From Bdellovibrio sp. (GTDB lineage: Bacteria; UBA10199; 2-02-FULL-44-16; DYJF01), in assembly GCA_020723205.1 (NCBI GenBank), contig DYJF01000002.1:1-61724 (forward strand): a DNA stretch of 61,724 nucleotides, read 5' to 3'. A model generated the notes under the pieces. The model had not been told where the DNA came from and made no database searches. It saw only the letters and a program-made list of their open reading frames with translations. The stretch's first letter is position 1; every line of letters starts with the position of its first letter. This document shows, in pieces, positions 1 to 10,489 of the stretch. Position numbers and translations under genes: made by a program.

Positions 1-197
1 GCCACCAGAAGCCGACGCAGAAGATGCGCCAGGGCGGCATTGTGGAGAAAGAGGCGCCGATGAGCATATCGAACGTCATGTTCTACGACGAGAAGCTCTC
101 CAAGCCGACGCGGTTGGGCCACAAGGTGCTGGACGACGGTAAGAAGGTCAGGTTCTCAAAGAAGTCAGGCGAGATCATCGAATCAAAAACAAAGTAG
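1..197 (+). CDS. rplX: 50S ribosomal protein L24, C-terminal part (5' end outside window)
   Basis: Frame 3 reads HQKPTQKMRQGGIVEKEAPMSISNVMFYDEKLSKPTRLGHKVLDDGKKVRFSKKSGEIIESKTK and stops at TAG 195-197. This is an L24-like C-terminus in the canonical position just upstream of rplE. Confidence 0.85.
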   Translation, partial: HQKPTQKMRQGGIVEKEAPMSISNVMFYDEKLSKPTRLGHKVLDDGKKVRFSKKSGEIIESKTK

Positions 198-205
198 GAT
201 AAACT

Positions 206-937
206 ATGTCAGAAGAGAAAAAAGAAAAGCAGGTTGAAGCGAAGTCCGGGGCCAAGGGCGACAAACCCAAGAGGGAAAAGCCGCAGCAGCAGAAAGGCGG
301 CAAGCCGGAAAAACACGCAAAGGGTGAGCCGAAGGCCGAGGCCGAACCGAAGGAGAAGGTCAAGAAGGAGAAGCGTCCGGTAGTGCCGAGACAGCCGTCT
401 CCTTTCGAGCAGAACTACGCGCAGAAGTGCGTTCCGGCGCTCATCGAGAAGTTCGGCTACAAGAACAGTATGCAGGTGCCGAAGCTCGAAAAGATCGTTA
501 TCAACACCTGCCTCAAGGAAGCGCTTCAGGACCTCAAGATACTGGAGACCGCGGCCGAGGAACTGGCGCAGATCACAGGCCAGAGGCCGCTGCTCACGAG
601 GTCGAAGAAGTCCATCGCGAACTTCAAGCTTCGCGCCGGGGTCTCGATCGGCGCGTGTCTCACGCTTCGCGGGAAGAACATGTACGAGTTCATGAACCGG
701 CTGGTCAACGTGGCGCTGCCCCGTGTGCGGGATTTCAAGGGCGTCTCTCCCAAATCGTTCGACGGACGCGGCAACTACACGCTGGGCCTGACGGAACAGA
801 TAATCTTCCCCGAGATCAACTTCGACAAGGTATCCAAGGTCAACGGGATGAACATAACATTTGTGACGACGGCAAAGAACGATGATGAGGGCAGGACGCT
901 CTTGCAGCTCATGGGCATGCCCTTCAGGAGCACATAA
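206..937 (+). CDS. rplE: 50S ribosomal protein L5 with a ~60 aa Lys/Glu/Pro-rich N-terminal extension
   Basis: The L5 core reads [20 protein letters not shown]...[16 protein letters not shown]...[10 protein letters not shown]. Operon position fits. The ATG lies 9 nt after the rplX stop. Confidence 0.93.
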   Translation: MSEEKKEKQVEAKSGAKGDKPKREKPQQQKGGKPEKHAKGEPKAEAEPKEKVKKEKRPVVPRQPSPFEQNYAQKCVPALIEKFGYKNSMQVPKLEKIVINTCLKEALQDLKILETAAEELAQITGQRPLLTRSKKSIANFKLRAGVSIGACLTLRGKNMYEFMNRLVNVALPRVRDFKGVSPKSFDGRGNYTLGLTEQIIFPEINFDKVSKVNGMNITFVTTAKNDDEGRTLLQLMGMPFRST

Positions 938-938
938 G

Positions 939-1124
939 ATGGCTAAGACATCACTCATGATCAAGTCCAAGAGGAAGCAGAAGTTCAAGGTCAGGCAGTA
1001 TAACCGATGCCCGCGCTGCGGACGTTCGAGGGCCTATTTCAGAAAATTCGATCTGTGCCGTTTGTGTTTCAGACAGATGGCGCTCAACGGCGAGCTTCCG
1101 GGCGTGGTCAAATCAAGCTGGTAG
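939..1124 (+). CDS. rpsN: 30S ribosomal protein S14, Zn-ribbon type Z (61 aa)
   Basis: [61 protein letters not shown] carries a CxxC...CxxC pair. The ATG at 939 lies just after the rplE stop. Confidence 0.95.
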   Translation: MAKTSLMIKSKRKQKFKVRQYNRCPRCGRSRAYFRKFDLCRLCFRQMALNGELPGVVKSSW

Positions 1125-1147
1125 ATAAATTACACGGAGCATTTTTT

Positions 1148-1543
1148 ATGATGACTGATCCGATTGCAGACCTGTTGACAAGAATAAGGAACGGCCTCCA
1201 TGCGAAGCAGGGCGAGGTCACGGTTCCGGCGTCGCGCGTCAAGGAGCGCATCGCTACTATAATGAAGGAAGAGGGTTTCCTGAACGACGTGGCTACGGTG
1301 GGCGAGGGCAAGGGAAGAGCGATCGTGATCAAGCTCAAGTACACGGCTTCGAAGAAGTCGGTCATCTCGGAGATCGCAAGGGTCAGTAAGCTCGGCCGCA
1401 GGGTCTATCTCACTAAGGACGAGATCCGTACGGTCAAACAGGGCCGCGGTATCGCCATCCTGTCGACATCGAAGGGAATCATGAAGGACATGGATGCGAA
1501 GAAGAACGGAATAGGCGGCGAGATCCTGTGCACGGTCTGGTAA
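1148..1543 (+). CDS. rpsH: 30S ribosomal protein S8
   Basis: MMTDPIADLLTRIRNG... and the GGEILCTVW C-terminus are typical of S8. I chose the internal ATG of the longer 1007 ORF. Confidence 0.95.
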   Translation: MMTDPIADLLTRIRNGLHAKQGEVTVPASRVKERIATIMKEEGFLNDVATVGEGKGRAIVIKLKYTASKKSVISEIARVSKLGRRVYLTKDEIRTVKQGRGIAILSTSKGIMKDMDAKKNGIGGEILCTVW

Positions 1544-1589
1544 GGGATTCATGGTCTAGACGAGCAAGATTTGAGAAGTCGGAGGAAGA

Positions 1590-2162
1590 ATGTCAAGAAT
1601 AGGAAAAAGACCGGTCGTGGCGCCAAGCGGAGTGAAGATCGCGATCGCCGATGCTACACTGAAAGTGGAAGGCCCGAAGGGGAAGCTTGAGATGGGGATC
1701 CCAGTCAAGAGCAACGTGAACGTTGCGGTCGAAGGGGGCGAGCTTAAGGTCACAAGGAAGTCGGACACGCGCGAAGCGAGGATGGAACAGGGTCTAATCC
1801 GCGCCCTTGCGGCCAACATGGTGACGGGCGTTTCGAAAGGATTCACGAAGGATCTCGATATAGTCGGCGTGGGCTACAAGAGCGAGGTCAAGGGGCAGGT
1901 GTTGCTCCTGAATCTCGGATATTCCCACCCGATAGAGTTCGCGATCCCCAAGGGGATACAGATCGCGGTGGAGAAGCAGACGCACATCACGGTCTCCGGA
2001 GCGGACAAGGGGCTTGTCGGCGAGACCGCGGCGATCATCCGCCGTTACAGGTCGCCCGAGCCCTACAAGGGCAAGGGCATCAAGTACACCGCTGAGCGCA
2101 TAAGGCGCAAGGTCGGTAAGGCCGCGGTCGGAACGGGCGCCGGTGCCGCAAAGGGAGGATAA
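1590..2162 (+). CDS. rplF: 50S ribosomal protein L6
   Basis: MSRIGKRPV... and YKGKGIKY are L6 signatures. Operon order fits. Confidence 0.96.
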   Translation: MSRIGKRPVVAPSGVKIAIADATLKVEGPKGKLEMGIPVKSNVNVAVEGGELKVTRKSDTREARMEQGLIRALAANMVTGVSKGFTKDLDIVGVGYKSEVKGQVLLLNLGYSHPIEFAIPKGIQIAVEKQTHITVSGADKGLVGETAAIIRRYRSPEPYKGKGIKYTAERIRRKVGKAAVGTGAGAAKGG

Positions 2163-2165
2163 CAG

Positions 2166-2525
2166 ATGAAGGGCGACAGGGCAGCTAAGAGGGTAATAAG
2201 ACATCAGCGCATCAGGCGGAAGATATCCGGAACGTCGGGCCGTCCCCGCATGAGCGTTTTCAGGAGCGTGAAGCACATCGGTGTCCAGCTCATAGACGAT
2301 GTTAAGGGCGCTACGATCGTCTCCGCCTCCACATATGAGAAGGATCTCAAGACCATGAAGGAACGCGCGACGTGCGACGGCGCCAAGCGCATCGGCGAAC
2401 TTATCGCGGAGCGCGCGAAGGCAAAAGGGATTGAGAACGTCGTTTTTGACCGCAGCGGATATCTATTCCACGGGCGTGTGAAGGCATTGGCCGACGGCGC
2501 GCGCGGCAAAGGACTAAAATTCTAA
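2166..2525 (+). CDS. rplR: 50S ribosomal protein L18
   Basis: [20 protein letters not shown]...[21 protein letters not shown] matches L18. Confidence 0.96.
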   Translation: MKGDRAAKRVIRHQRIRRKISGTSGRPRMSVFRSVKHIGVQLIDDVKGATIVSASTYEKDLKTMKERATCDGAKRIGELIAERAKAKGIENVVFDRSGYLFHGRVKALADGARGKGLKF

Positions 2526-2534
2526 GGTGGTGAT

Positions 2535-3023
2535 ATGGAGTTTACCCGAAGACGTGAAAAGGAATCGTTCGACAAACAGACGGAGCTCATCGAGCGCGTC
2601 GTGCACATCAGCCGCGTGGCGAAGGTGGTGAAGGGCGGAAAGCGCTTTTCATTCTCGGCCCTCGTTGTTACCGGCGATGGGAACGGCCGTGTGGGTTTCG
2701 GTTTGGGAAAGGCCCGTGAGGTCCCCGAGGCGATACGCAAGGCCATTGAGGGCGCGAAGCGTTCCATGGTCCGCGTACCGGTCTCCGACGGCACTATCCC
2801 TCACGATGTGCTGGGCATTTACGGTGCCGCGAAGGTCGTAATGAAGCCGGCATCACCCGGAACCGGGGTGATCGCAGGGGGGCCCGTCAGGGCGGTCGTC
2901 GAAGCGGCGGGCATCCATAACATTCTGACGAAATCACTGGGCACGAGCAATCCGCATAACGTCGTCAAGGCGGTCATGGACGGACTTGAGAAGCTCGCGA
3001 TCCAGAAGCGCATGGTTGATTAG
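2535..3023 (+). CDS. rpsE: 30S ribosomal protein S5
   Basis: [39 protein letters not shown] matches S5. Confidence 0.96.
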   Translation: MEFTRRREKESFDKQTELIERVVHISRVAKVVKGGKRFSFSALVVTGDGNGRVGFGLGKAREVPEAIRKAIEGAKRSMVRVPVSDGTIPHDVLGIYGAAKVVMKPASPGTGVIAGGPVRAVVEAAGIHNILTKSLGTSNPHNVVKAVMDGLEKLAIQKRMVD

Positions 3024-3032
3024 AGGTGCATA

Positions 3033-3227
3033 ATGGCAAAGGGAAAAAAGATCAGGGTCAAGCTTGTTCACAGCGGGATATCAACGCCGCCGAAGCACAG
3101 GGCGACGCTCAAGGGTTTGGGACTTCCGCGGCTCCATGCGGAAAGGGTCCTGCCCGATACTCCGCAGGTGAGGGGCATGGTCGCAAGTGTTACGCATCTT
3201 GTGAAAATAGTTGAAGAGGGTCTATGA
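3033..3227 (+). CDS. rpmD: 50S ribosomal protein L30
   Basis: The 64 aa product reads [26 protein letters not shown]. Operon position fits. Confidence 0.93.
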   Translation: MAKGKKIRVKLVHSGISTPPKHRATLKGLGLPRLHAERVLPDTPQVRGMVASVTHLVKIVEEGL

Positions 3228-3673
3228 AATTAAATGAGATCGGTCTTCCAAGAGGGAAGCAGCAGAGGAAAGTGAAACGGCTGGGGCGCGGCGACGGTTC
3301 GGGCCACGGCGGGACATCATGCCGCGGTCACAAGGGTCAGAAATCGCGTGCAGGTGGATACCATAAGCCGGGATTCGAAGGCGGTCAGATGCCTCTCCAG
3401 AGGCGGCTCCCGAAGCGCGGCTTTACGAACATCTTCCGGAGAGAGTATGCCATCGTGAACCTCGATCAGCTGGGCGTTTTTCCGGCGAATTCGGAGGTCA
3501 CTCTCGACAAGCTCATCGAGGCGGGCGTCATAAAGAAACGGTTGTCCGGTCTTGTCGTCCTGGGCAGGGGAGATCTGCCGCATGCGTTGACGATCAAGGC
3601 GAATCGCGTGTCCGATTCCGCGAAGCAGAAGGTGGAAGCTAAGGGCGGTAAAATCGAGGTCCAAAGTGTCTGA
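3224..3673 (+). CDS. rplO: 50S ribosomal protein L15
   Basis: [23 protein letters not shown]...[14 protein letters not shown] matches L15. An ATGA overlap joins it to rpmD. Confidence 0.96.
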   Translation: MKLNEIGLPRGKQQRKVKRLGRGDGSGHGGTSCRGHKGQKSRAGGYHKPGFEGGQMPLQRRLPKRGFTNIFRREYAIVNLDQLGVFPANSEVTLDKLIEAGVIKKRLSGLVVLGRGDLPHALTIKANRVSDSAKQKVEAKGGKIEVQSV

Positions 3674-4973
3674 GGGAATTACGAACATAGCGAAGATACC
3701 GGAGCTCAGGCGCCGGATATTATTTACTATCCTGATGCTTGCGGTCTACCGCATCGGGGTATTTGTCCCGACTCCCGGTATATCCGCGGATGTCGTCAAA
3801 AAGATCATATCGCAGGGCACGGTCTTTGAAATCTTCAATCTGTTCTCGGGCGGCGCGCTGTCGCAGTTCTCGGTCTTTGCGCTCGGCATCATGCCCTACA
3901 TCAGCGCGTCTATTATTCTTCAGCTCCTGACGGTGTCGGTGCCGGCGATCGAGCGGCTCTCCAAAGAGGGCGATTCAGGCCGGAAGAAGATCACTCGCTA
4001 CACGCGATACGGTACGGTCGTTCTTTCGCTCATCCAGGGTTTCGGCATCGGCTACGGCTTGAAAGAGCAGGGCGCCATGCTTCCCGGCGTTCCCGTCTGG
4101 CAGTTCTACGTCACGACGATGATCACGCTTGCGGCGGGCACGGCGTTTCTCATGTGGCTGGGAGAGATGATCACGGAGCGCGGCATCGGCAACGGCATAT
4201 CGCTCATCATATTTGCCGGTATCGTCACCAGGATACCTGTGGGTTTCCGCGATGCGTGGGCCATGAAGGACCAGTTCGCGGGCTTCTTCGGTTTTCTGGT
4301 CCTTGTGGCGTTCATAGGGCTCCTCATCGGCATTATCATATTCATGGAGCGCTCCAGCAGGCAGTTGCCGGTTCAGTACGCAAAAAGGATAGTGGGGAGG
4401 AAGGTCTACGGAGGGCAGTCGTCGTTCCTGCCGCTCAAGGTCAATACCGCAGGCGTCATTCCGCCCATCTTTGCGTCGTCCATAATAATGTTCCCCGCGA
4501 CGATTGCGCAGTTCGTGCAGAACGGTCCGATGCAGGCGATATCGCAGGCGCTTGCCACCGGCTGGATACATACGGTGCTGTACGGGGGCCTGATCATCTT
4601 TTTCGCGTACTTTTATACGGCGGTGACGTTCAATCCCGTCGACGTCTCCGATAACTTAAGAAAATTCGGCGGGTTCATACCGGGCATCAGGCCTGGCAAG
4701 AACACGTCGGATTATATAGACAGGGTGCTGACGCGCGTAACGCTGGGCGGCGCGCTTTACGTGACCTTCGTGTGCATCGTTCCGGAGCTTCTGATACGCA
4801 AGTTCGGCATCCCTTCGTCGCTCGCCTACACGTTCGGCGGCACCTCGCTCATGATCGTCGTCGGCGTGGCGATGGACACCTTGGCTCAGATTGAATCGCA
4901 CCTTCTGACGAGGCACTACGAAGGATTCTTGGGTGCGAAGGCCGGCGGCCGCTTCCGCGGGCGGAGAGGTTAG
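3666..4973 (+). CDS. secY: preprotein translocase subunit SecY
   Basis: The 435 aa polytopic protein reads [29 protein letters not shown]...[15 protein letters not shown]. The GTG start overlaps the rplO end. Confidence 0.95.
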   Translation: MSEGITNIAKIPELRRRILFTILMLAVYRIGVFVPTPGISADVVKKIISQGTVFEIFNLFSGGALSQFSVFALGIMPYISASIILQLLTVSVPAIERLSKEGDSGRKKITRYTRYGTVVLSLIQGFGIGYGLKEQGAMLPGVPVWQFYVTTMITLAAGTAFLMWLGEMITERGIGNGISLIIFAGIVTRIPVGFRDAWAMKDQFAGFFGFLVLVAFIGLLIGIIIFMERSSRQLPVQYAKRIVGRKVYGGQSSFLPLKVNTAGVIPPIFASSIIMFPATIAQFVQNGPMQAISQALATGWIHTVLYGGLIIFFAYFYTAVTFNPVDVSDNLRKFGGFIPGIRPGKNTSDYIDRVLTRVTLGGALYVTFVCIVPELLIRKFGIPSSLAYTFGGTSLMIVVGVAMDTLAQIESHLLTRHYEGFLGAKAGGRFRGRRG

Positions 4974-4974
4974 C

Positions 4975-5631
4975 ATGGTCCTCATTCTAATGGGGCCGCC
5001 CGGATGCGGTAAGGGAACGCAGAGCAAGATGCTTGAGGAGCACTACGGTCTTCCGCAGCTTGCCACCGGCGATATGCTCCGCGAGGCCGTGAAGAACGGC
5101 ACGGAAGTGGGGCGCAGGGCGAAGGAATATATGGACCGCGGCGCGCTGGGCCCGGACGACCTTATCATCGAGGTGATGCGCGAGCGGATGGGCAGAAAGG
5201 ATTGCGCCGACGGTTTCATCCTCGACGGTTTTCCGCGGACGCCGGCACAGGCGGAGGCGCTTGGAGGGCTCCTCAAGGAGCTCGGCAAAAACATAACGGC
5301 GGTCGTCAATCTCGATGTCGCGGATGAAGAGGTGGTGAGGCGGCTCGCGGGCAGAAGGGCTTGCCTCTCGTGCGGCGCCACCTATCACATCGCTTTTTCG
5401 CCGCCGAAGGCGGAAGGGCGTTGCGATAAGTGCGGCGCGAAGCTTGTGCAGAGGAGCGACGACAATGAGGGCACCATCCGGGAGCGCCTCTCCGTCTACA
5501 GGGCGCAAACGGCGCCGCTCATAAGTCTTTACGGGAAGCAGGGAGCTCTCCGCAATGTGGAAGGCACCGGTTCCATAAAAGGTATCTTCGAAAAGATCTG
5601 TTCTTTGATTGATAAAGAGATGAGGCAATGA
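4975..5631 (+). CDS. adk: adenylate kinase (Zn-lid type)
   Basis: MVLILMGPPGCGKGTQ carries the P-loop, and the lid reads CLSCGATYH...CDKCG. I chose the internal ATG of the longer 4933 ORF. Confidence 0.95.
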   Translation: MVLILMGPPGCGKGTQSKMLEEHYGLPQLATGDMLREAVKNGTEVGRRAKEYMDRGALGPDDLIIEVMRERMGRKDCADGFILDGFPRTPAQAEALGGLLKELGKNITAVVNLDVADEEVVRRLAGRRACLSCGATYHIAFSPPKAEGRCDKCGAKLVQRSDDNEGTIRERLSVYRAQTAPLISLYGKQGALRNVEGTGSIKGIFEKICSLIDKEMRQ

Positions 5632-6374
5632 TCATCCTCAAGTCCCGCGATGAGATCGAAAAGATGCGCAAGTCTAATCGGATCGCGGCGGAGGTCATGG
5701 CGCACCTGCAGGAGATGATCCGTCCCGGCGTTACGACAGGCGAACTGGACAGGGTGGCGGAGGATCTCATTTTAAAGAGGGGCGCGACCCCCGCGTTCAA
5801 AGGGTATCAGGGCTACAGCCACGCGCTTTGCGTTTCCGTGAACGAGCAGGTAGTCCACGGCATTCCGGGAACGAGAGAGCTTAAGGATGGCGATGTCGTC
5901 GGGATCGATTGCGGGATACTGCTCGACGATTTTTACGGCGATCACGCATGGACCTTTGCGGTGGCAGATGTATCCGATACCGCAAGGCGCCTGCTGGCGG
6001 TGACGGAAGAGGCGCTGATGCGGGGGATAGCATCTGCCGTGACGGCCAACCGGCTCTATGACATCTCCGCGTCGATACAAGAGGTCGCGGAAAATGCGGG
6101 TTTCTCGGTCGTCAGGGATTATGTGGGCCACGGAATAGGAAGATCGTTGCACGAAGATCCGCAGATACCGAATTTCGGTGAAAGAGGGACGGGTATGCGG
6201 CTTCGTACGGGACTTGTCATGGCTCTGGAGCCGATGCTCAACGAAGGAAAACACGATGTAGAGGTTCTCCCCGACGGATGGACGGTCGTTACGAAGGATA
6301 GGAAGCTCTCGGCCCATATGGAGCATACGATAGCCGTAACTGACAGCGGACCGGAGATATTGAGCAGGTTATAA
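5628..6374 (+). CDS. map: type I methionine aminopeptidase
   Basis: GYQGYSHALCVSVNEQVVHGIP...DVVGIDCG...GHGIGRSLHEDP...EHTIAVT matches MetAP. Confidence 0.95.
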   Translation: MIILKSRDEIEKMRKSNRIAAEVMAHLQEMIRPGVTTGELDRVAEDLILKRGATPAFKGYQGYSHALCVSVNEQVVHGIPGTRELKDGDVVGIDCGILLDDFYGDHAWTFAVADVSDTARRLLAVTEEALMRGIASAVTANRLYDISASIQEVAENAGFSVVRDYVGHGIGRSLHEDPQIPNFGERGTGMRLRTGLVMALEPMLNEGKHDVEVLPDGWTVVTKDRKLSAHMEHTIAVTDSGPEILSRL

Positions 6375-6377
6375 AAG

Positions 6378-6596
6378 ATGCCCAAGGAAGAGGCGATACA
6401 GGTAGAAGGAAAGGTTCTGGAAACGCTCCCCAACGCGATGTTCCGGGTGGAGCTCCCGAGCGGGCACAAAGTGCTGGCGCACGTATCGGGCAAAATGAGG
6501 ATGCACTTCATTAAGATACTTCCGGGCGACACCGTTACGATAGAACTGTCGCCCTATGATCTGACGAGAGGGCGCATAATATACAGGACGAAGTAA
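6378..6596 (+). CDS. infA: translation initiation factor IF-1
   Basis: [26 protein letters not shown]...[14 protein letters not shown] matches IF-1. Confidence 0.97.
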   Translation: MPKEEAIQVEGKVLETLPNAMFRVELPSGHKVLAHVSGKMRMHFIKILPGDTVTIELSPYDLTRGRIIYRTK

Positions 6597-6623
6597 TCCA
6601 GACAAGGGACACAAGGAACAACT

Positions 6624-6737
6624 ATGAAGGTAAGGTCATCGGTAAAAAAGATCTGCGCGAAGTGCAAAATAGTCAAACGAAAAGGCGTTGTCAGGGTCAT
6701 ATGCGATAATCCCAAGCATAGGCAACGTCAGGGCTGA
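6624..6737 (+). CDS. rpmJ: 50S ribosomal protein L36 (37 aa; too short for the ORF track)
   Basis: My own translation gives [37 protein letters not shown], ending at TGA 6735-6737. It lies between infA and rpsM as expected. Confidence 0.92.
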   Translation: MKVRSSVKKICAKCKIVKRKGVVRVICDNPKHRQRQG

Positions 6738-6781
6738 TGATTTATATTTTTGATTTTTGATCTCAAACCGGAGGTTTTGTT

Positions 6782-7168
6782 ATGCCGCGTATAGCAGGAG
6801 TCGATATACCAGCGAAGAAGCGCATTGTGGTCGCGCTGACCTACATCTACGGGATAGGCAGGACGACATCGGAGGGAATTCTCGAGAAAGCGAAGATAGA
6901 CGAGAGTGTCCGCGCCGAGAACTTGTCGGAAGGCGATCTTGCAAGGATCCGCGAGATCATCGAATCCCAGTACAAGGTCGAAGGCGACCTGCGCCGCGAG
7001 ATCCAGGGGAACATAAAGCGCCTGAAGGACTTAGGCGCCTACAGGGGCATGCGCCACATCAGGAATCTGCCCTGCCGCGGCCAGCGCACTCACACTAACG
7101 CAAGGACAAGAAAGGGCCGCAAGAGGATCGCGATCGCCGGTAAGAAGATCGCCACGGGGCCGACATAA
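6782..7168 (+). CDS. rpsM: 30S ribosomal protein S13
   Basis: [26 protein letters not shown]...[18 protein letters not shown] matches S13. Confidence 0.97.
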   Translation: MPRIAGVDIPAKKRIVVALTYIYGIGRTTSEGILEKAKIDESVRAENLSEGDLARIREIIESQYKVEGDLRREIQGNIKRLKDLGAYRGMRHIRNLPCRGQRTHTNARTRKGRKRIAIAGKKIATGPT

Positions 7169-7223
7169 TAGCTTGAAGCTGAGAGCACGAGGCCGACAGT
7201 AACAAGTATTTTTTGGAGGAATA

Positions 7224-7658
7224 ATGGCAACGGACGTGAAGAAAGAGAATGAAGGTGCAAAGACGGAAGAGAAGCCGGTAGTTAAGAAGGCAAAGAAACG
7301 CGCCAGAAAGAACGTGCCGGTGGGGATTGTCCACATACAATCGTCTTTCAACAACACCATCGTGACCGTCACCGACACGCAGGGCAACACTCTTGCATGG
7401 TCGACGGCGGGAACGCGCGGCTTCAAGGGTTCAAGGAAAGGAACGCCCTTTGCGGCGCAGCTCGCCACCGAGGACGCGGTGAAGAAGGCCATGGATCACG
7501 GTATGCGCTCGGTCGTTGTTCTGGTCAACGGCCCGGGAGCCGGCCGCGAGTCGGCGCTTCGTTCGCTGCAGAAGACGGGTGTCAGGGTGGTCGCGATCCG
7601 CGATCTGACCCCCATTCCCCACAACGGCTGCAGGCCGCCGAAGAGACGCAGAGTGTAA
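7224..7658 (+). CDS. rpsK: 30S ribosomal protein S11 (longer than usual Lys-rich N-terminus)
   Basis: [28 protein letters not shown]...[15 protein letters not shown] matches S11. Confidence 0.96.
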   Translation: MATDVKKENEGAKTEEKPVVKKAKKRARKNVPVGIVHIQSSFNNTIVTVTDTQGNTLAWSTAGTRGFKGSRKGTPFAAQLATEDAVKKAMDHGMRSVVVLVNGPGAGRESALRSLQKTGVRVVAIRDLTPIPHNGCRPPKRRRV

Positions 7659-7678
7659 TTTTTTTATTTGGAGGATTG

Positions 7679-8305
7679 ATGGCAAGGTATAATCAAGCAG
7701 TGTGCAGGCTCTGCCGCAGGGAGATGATGAAGCTCTTCCTCAAGGGCGACAGGTGTTTTACGGACAAGTGCGCGGTCGAAAGACGCGCGTACGGGCCCGG
7801 TCAGCACGGCCAGAGGAGGTCGAAGACCTCGGATTACGGCACGCAGCTTCGCGAAAAGCAGAGGGCGAAGAGGATGTATTGCCTGCTGGAACGTCAGTTC
7901 AGGAAGACCTTCTTCGAGGCCGACAGGCAGAAGGGCATCACGGGCGACAACCTAATCCTCCTTCTTGAGCGCCGTCTTGACAACATGGTCTATCGGCTGG
8001 GGTTCGCGAAATCCCGTTCGCAGGCGAGAATGCTCGTCTGCCAGAACCATTTCACCGTGAACGGAAAGCGCGTCAACATTCCCTCTTATCTGGTGAGACA
8101 GGGCGACACGGTCTCGATACGGGAGAGGAGCAAAAAGGTGAAGGCGATCACTGAAGCGCTCGAAGGCGTGGAGCGTCGCGGCATACCGGAATGGCTCCTG
8201 CTTGAGAAGGATAAATTCACGGGCAAGATTATGGCGCTCCCCACTCGCGAGCAGATAACAGTGCCGCTCCGCGAGCACCTGATCGTCGAGCTGTATTCGA
8301 AATAA
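7679..8305 (+). CDS. rpsD: 30S ribosomal protein S4
   Basis: [31 protein letters not shown]... matches S4. GGAGG lies 5 nt upstream of the ATG. The longer 7397 ORF is an in-frame run-on through rpsK. Confidence 0.95.
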   Translation: MARYNQAVCRLCRREMMKLFLKGDRCFTDKCAVERRAYGPGQHGQRRSKTSDYGTQLREKQRAKRMYCLLERQFRKTFFEADRQKGITGDNLILLLERRLDNMVYRLGFAKSRSQARMLVCQNHFTVNGKRVNIPSYLVRQGDTVSIRERSKKVKAITEALEGVERRGIPEWLLLEKDKFTGKIMALPTREQITVPLREHLIVELYSK

Positions 8306-8318
8306 AAATAGTCACCGC

Positions 8319-8379
8319 GGAGGCGCAGAGAATGCCGGGTAAAACAAAATATATTTTTCTCTGCGTTCTCGGCGTCTCC
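8319..8379 (+). promoter_or_regulatory. imperfect stem-loop in the rpsD-rpoA spacer
   Basis: GGAGGCGCAGAGAA (8319-8332) can pair with TTCTCTGCG (8357-8365) and GCGTCTCC (8372-8379). Function is unknown. Confidence 0.25.
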
Positions 8380-8407
8380 TAGGTGAATAGAAACATTTGG
8401 AGGTAAC

Positions 8408-9418
8408 ATGTATCGTAACTGGCAACGTCTCATTCGTCCCCGGATGCTTGAGTTCGATAAAACGGAAATGACGAACACGTACGGCAAGTTCACGGCCCGT
8501 CCGCTGGAGAGGGGATTCGGGACCACGCTCGGGAACTCTCTGCGCCGCATCCTGCTTTCGTCGTTGCAGGGCGCCGCCGTGACATCGGTGAGCTTCGAGG
8601 GAGTTCCCCACGAGTTCACAACGATCCCCGGCGTCGTTGAGGACGTTACCGATCTCGTCCTGAACGTAAAACAACTCCGTTTGATGCTCCACGAGGGAGA
8701 CAGCGACATCATGCACCTTGACGTTTCAGGCGACAGAGTCGTGACGGCTAAGGACCTGAAGACGTCGTCGAGGGTGTCGATCCTCAACCCCGACCTGCAC
8801 ATCGCCACGCTTTCCGGAGAGGGGAAGGTCAAGGCGAATCTTGTCGTCCGAATGGGCAAGGGATACGTAGCGGCGGAGCAGAACAAGCGCCCGGACGATT
8901 CCATCGGCACGATACCTGTGGATTCCATTTTTTCGCCCATTGTGCGCTGCAATTACAACGTTACGAACGCGCGCGTGGGGCAGCGCACCGACTACGACCG
9001 CTTGATCATTGAGATATGGACGGACGGTTCGGTGAAGCCGGACGACGCTTTGGCGTATGCCGCGAAGATACTCAAGGAACAGCTCCAGATATTCATCAAC
9101 TTCGAAGAGCTGCCCGAGCCGGTCGAGCAGGATATTCGTGAGGAAATGCCCAAGCTCAACGAGAACCTCTATCGCAGGGTCGACGAGCTGGAGCTTTCGG
9201 TGCGCTCGGCGAACTGCCTGCAGAACGCCAATATAAAATACATCGGAGAGCTCTGCCAGAAGTCGGAGGCGGAGATGCTCAAGACGAAGAACTTCGGCCG
9301 CAAGTCGTTGAACGAGATCAAATCCATGCTGACCGAGATGGGGCTCGAGCTGGGCATGAAGCTTGATGGGTTCAACCCGGTCGAGGCGGACAAGTTCAAG
9401 CCCAAGGATATCGAATAG
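8408..9418 (+). CDS. rpoA: DNA-directed RNA polymerase subunit alpha
   Basis: The 336 aa product reads [27 protein letters not shown]. The C-terminal domain reads [23 protein letters not shown]. Confidence 0.97.
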   Translation: MYRNWQRLIRPRMLEFDKTEMTNTYGKFTARPLERGFGTTLGNSLRRILLSSLQGAAVTSVSFEGVPHEFTTIPGVVEDVTDLVLNVKQLRLMLHEGDSDIMHLDVSGDRVVTAKDLKTSSRVSILNPDLHIATLSGEGKVKANLVVRMGKGYVAAEQNKRPDDSIGTIPVDSIFSPIVRCNYNVTNARVGQRTDYDRLIIEIWTDGSVKPDDALAYAAKILKEQLQIFINFEELPEPVEQDIREEMPKLNENLYRRVDELELSVRSANCLQNANIKYIGELCQKSEAEMLKTKNFGRKSLNEIKSMLTEMGLELGMKLDGFNPVEADKFKPKDIE

Positions 9419-9431
9419 CGGGAGGGATCTA

Positions 9432-9986
9432 ATGAGACACCGGATGGCGGAAAGAAAACTGGGGATGAAGACGGCGCACAGGCAGGCGATGCTTGCGAAC
9501 ATGGCCTCGTCCCTCGTTATTTATGACAAGATAGAGACGACGCTTCCCCGCGCGAAGGAACTCAAGCCCATAGCGGACCGCATTGTCACCCTGTGCAAGA
9601 AGGGCACGGTCCACGCTATGCGCCGCGCAAGGGTCATTCTTAGGAACCGCGCTGCGGTGCAAAAGGCGTTCGGTGCGTTCAAGGACCGTTTTGCCGACAG
9701 GAACGGCGGCTACACCCGCATTTTGAAGCTGGGATACCGCCACGGCGACTGCTCGCCCATGGCCATGATCGAATACCTGCCTTCGCCCAAGATGATAGCA
9801 GAGGCGGAAGAGGCGGCGAAGAAGGTGAAGAAGGGCGAGAAGGCGAAGAAGGAAAAGGTCTCTCTGAAGGAGAGGGTCTTCAGGAAGGCAGCGGCGTCCA
9901 AAGAGAGGTCCGCTCCGGAAAAGTTCGTGGAAAAGAAGGGGGCGCCCCGCAAGGTCCCGCAGCAGAGGGCAAAGAAAGAAGCGTGA
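9432..9986 (+). CDS. rplQ: 50S ribosomal protein L17 with a ~65 aa Lys/Glu-rich C-terminal tail
   Basis: [28 protein letters not shown]...[15 protein letters not shown] matches L17. I chose the internal ATG of the 9363 ORF, with GGAGGG upstream. Confidence 0.94.
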   Translation: MRHRMAERKLGMKTAHRQAMLANMASSLVIYDKIETTLPRAKELKPIADRIVTLCKKGTVHAMRRARVILRNRAAVQKAFGAFKDRFADRNGGYTRILKLGYRHGDCSPMAMIEYLPSPKMIAEAEEAAKKVKKGEKAKKEKVSLKERVFRKAAASKERSAPEKFVEKKGAPRKVPQQRAKKEA

Positions 9987-10489
9987 GAACCAGATATCTG
10001 ATCGCAATAGTGATCGCCGGCATCATACTGACAGTGATGTCGGCGATCAGTTTTTTCGAGCGCCCCAAGATCGGCGATGCGGCGCCGCCCTTCGAGCTGA
10101 AGGACGCTTCAGGCGCGGCATGGTCGCTTGAATCGTTCAGGGGAAGGACGGTCCTTTTGCATTTCTGGGCGACATGGTGCGGCACCTGTCTTTCGGAGCT
10201 TCCCGCACTGGAGAGCGCCTATCGCGAGCTTGGCGGGGGTTCCGTCGCCATCGTCACGATACTCACCGACGACGAAGGACGCTCGCTTTCGGCCTTGAAG
10301 GGCAGGACGCCGATATCGTTTCCGGTCCTTTTGGACATGGACGGCACCGTCTCCGACGCCTATGAAGTATGGGGCGTTCCCGTATCTTTTCTGATAGATG
10401 TGAACGGCGTGATAGTCGGGCGAACGAGCTCGCCCCTCACCTACAATTCGCTGATGTCGCTTCTGCAAATCCCTCTTACGCGCCCCTAG
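9983..10489 (+). CDS. TlpA/ResA-like periplasmic thiol:disulfide oxidoreductase
   Basis: It has an N-terminal TM anchor and the FWATWCGTC redoxin motif. The GTG start overlaps the rplQ stop. Confidence 0.8.
   Translation: MRTRYLIAIVIAGIILTVMSAISFFERPKIGDAAPPFELKDASGAAWSLESFRGRTVLLHFWATWCGTCLSELPALESAYRELGGGSVAIVTILTDDEGRSLSALKGRTPISFPVLLDMDGTVSDAYEVWGVPVSFLIDVNGVIVGRTSSPLTYNSLMSLLQIPLTRP

Noticed and set aside
209-988. 259 aa minus-strand ORF antisense to rplE. Similar long antisense or out-of-frame ORFs occur at 8086-8952, 8726-9502, 17322-18089, 20187-21365, 42569-43369 and 54867-55460.
   Set aside because: All lie fully inside well-supported conserved genes on the other strand or in another frame. 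They have Arg/Ala/Gly/Leu-biased, low-complexity translations typical of shadow ORFs in GC-rich DNA, and none has a recognisable motif.
10486-10489. Convergent genes sharing overlapping stop codons (CTAG at 10486-10489; TTAA at 23617-23620)
   Set aside because: These are compact-genome coincidences created by palindromic stop tetramers. Nothing indicates function beyond the lack of an intergenic terminator.
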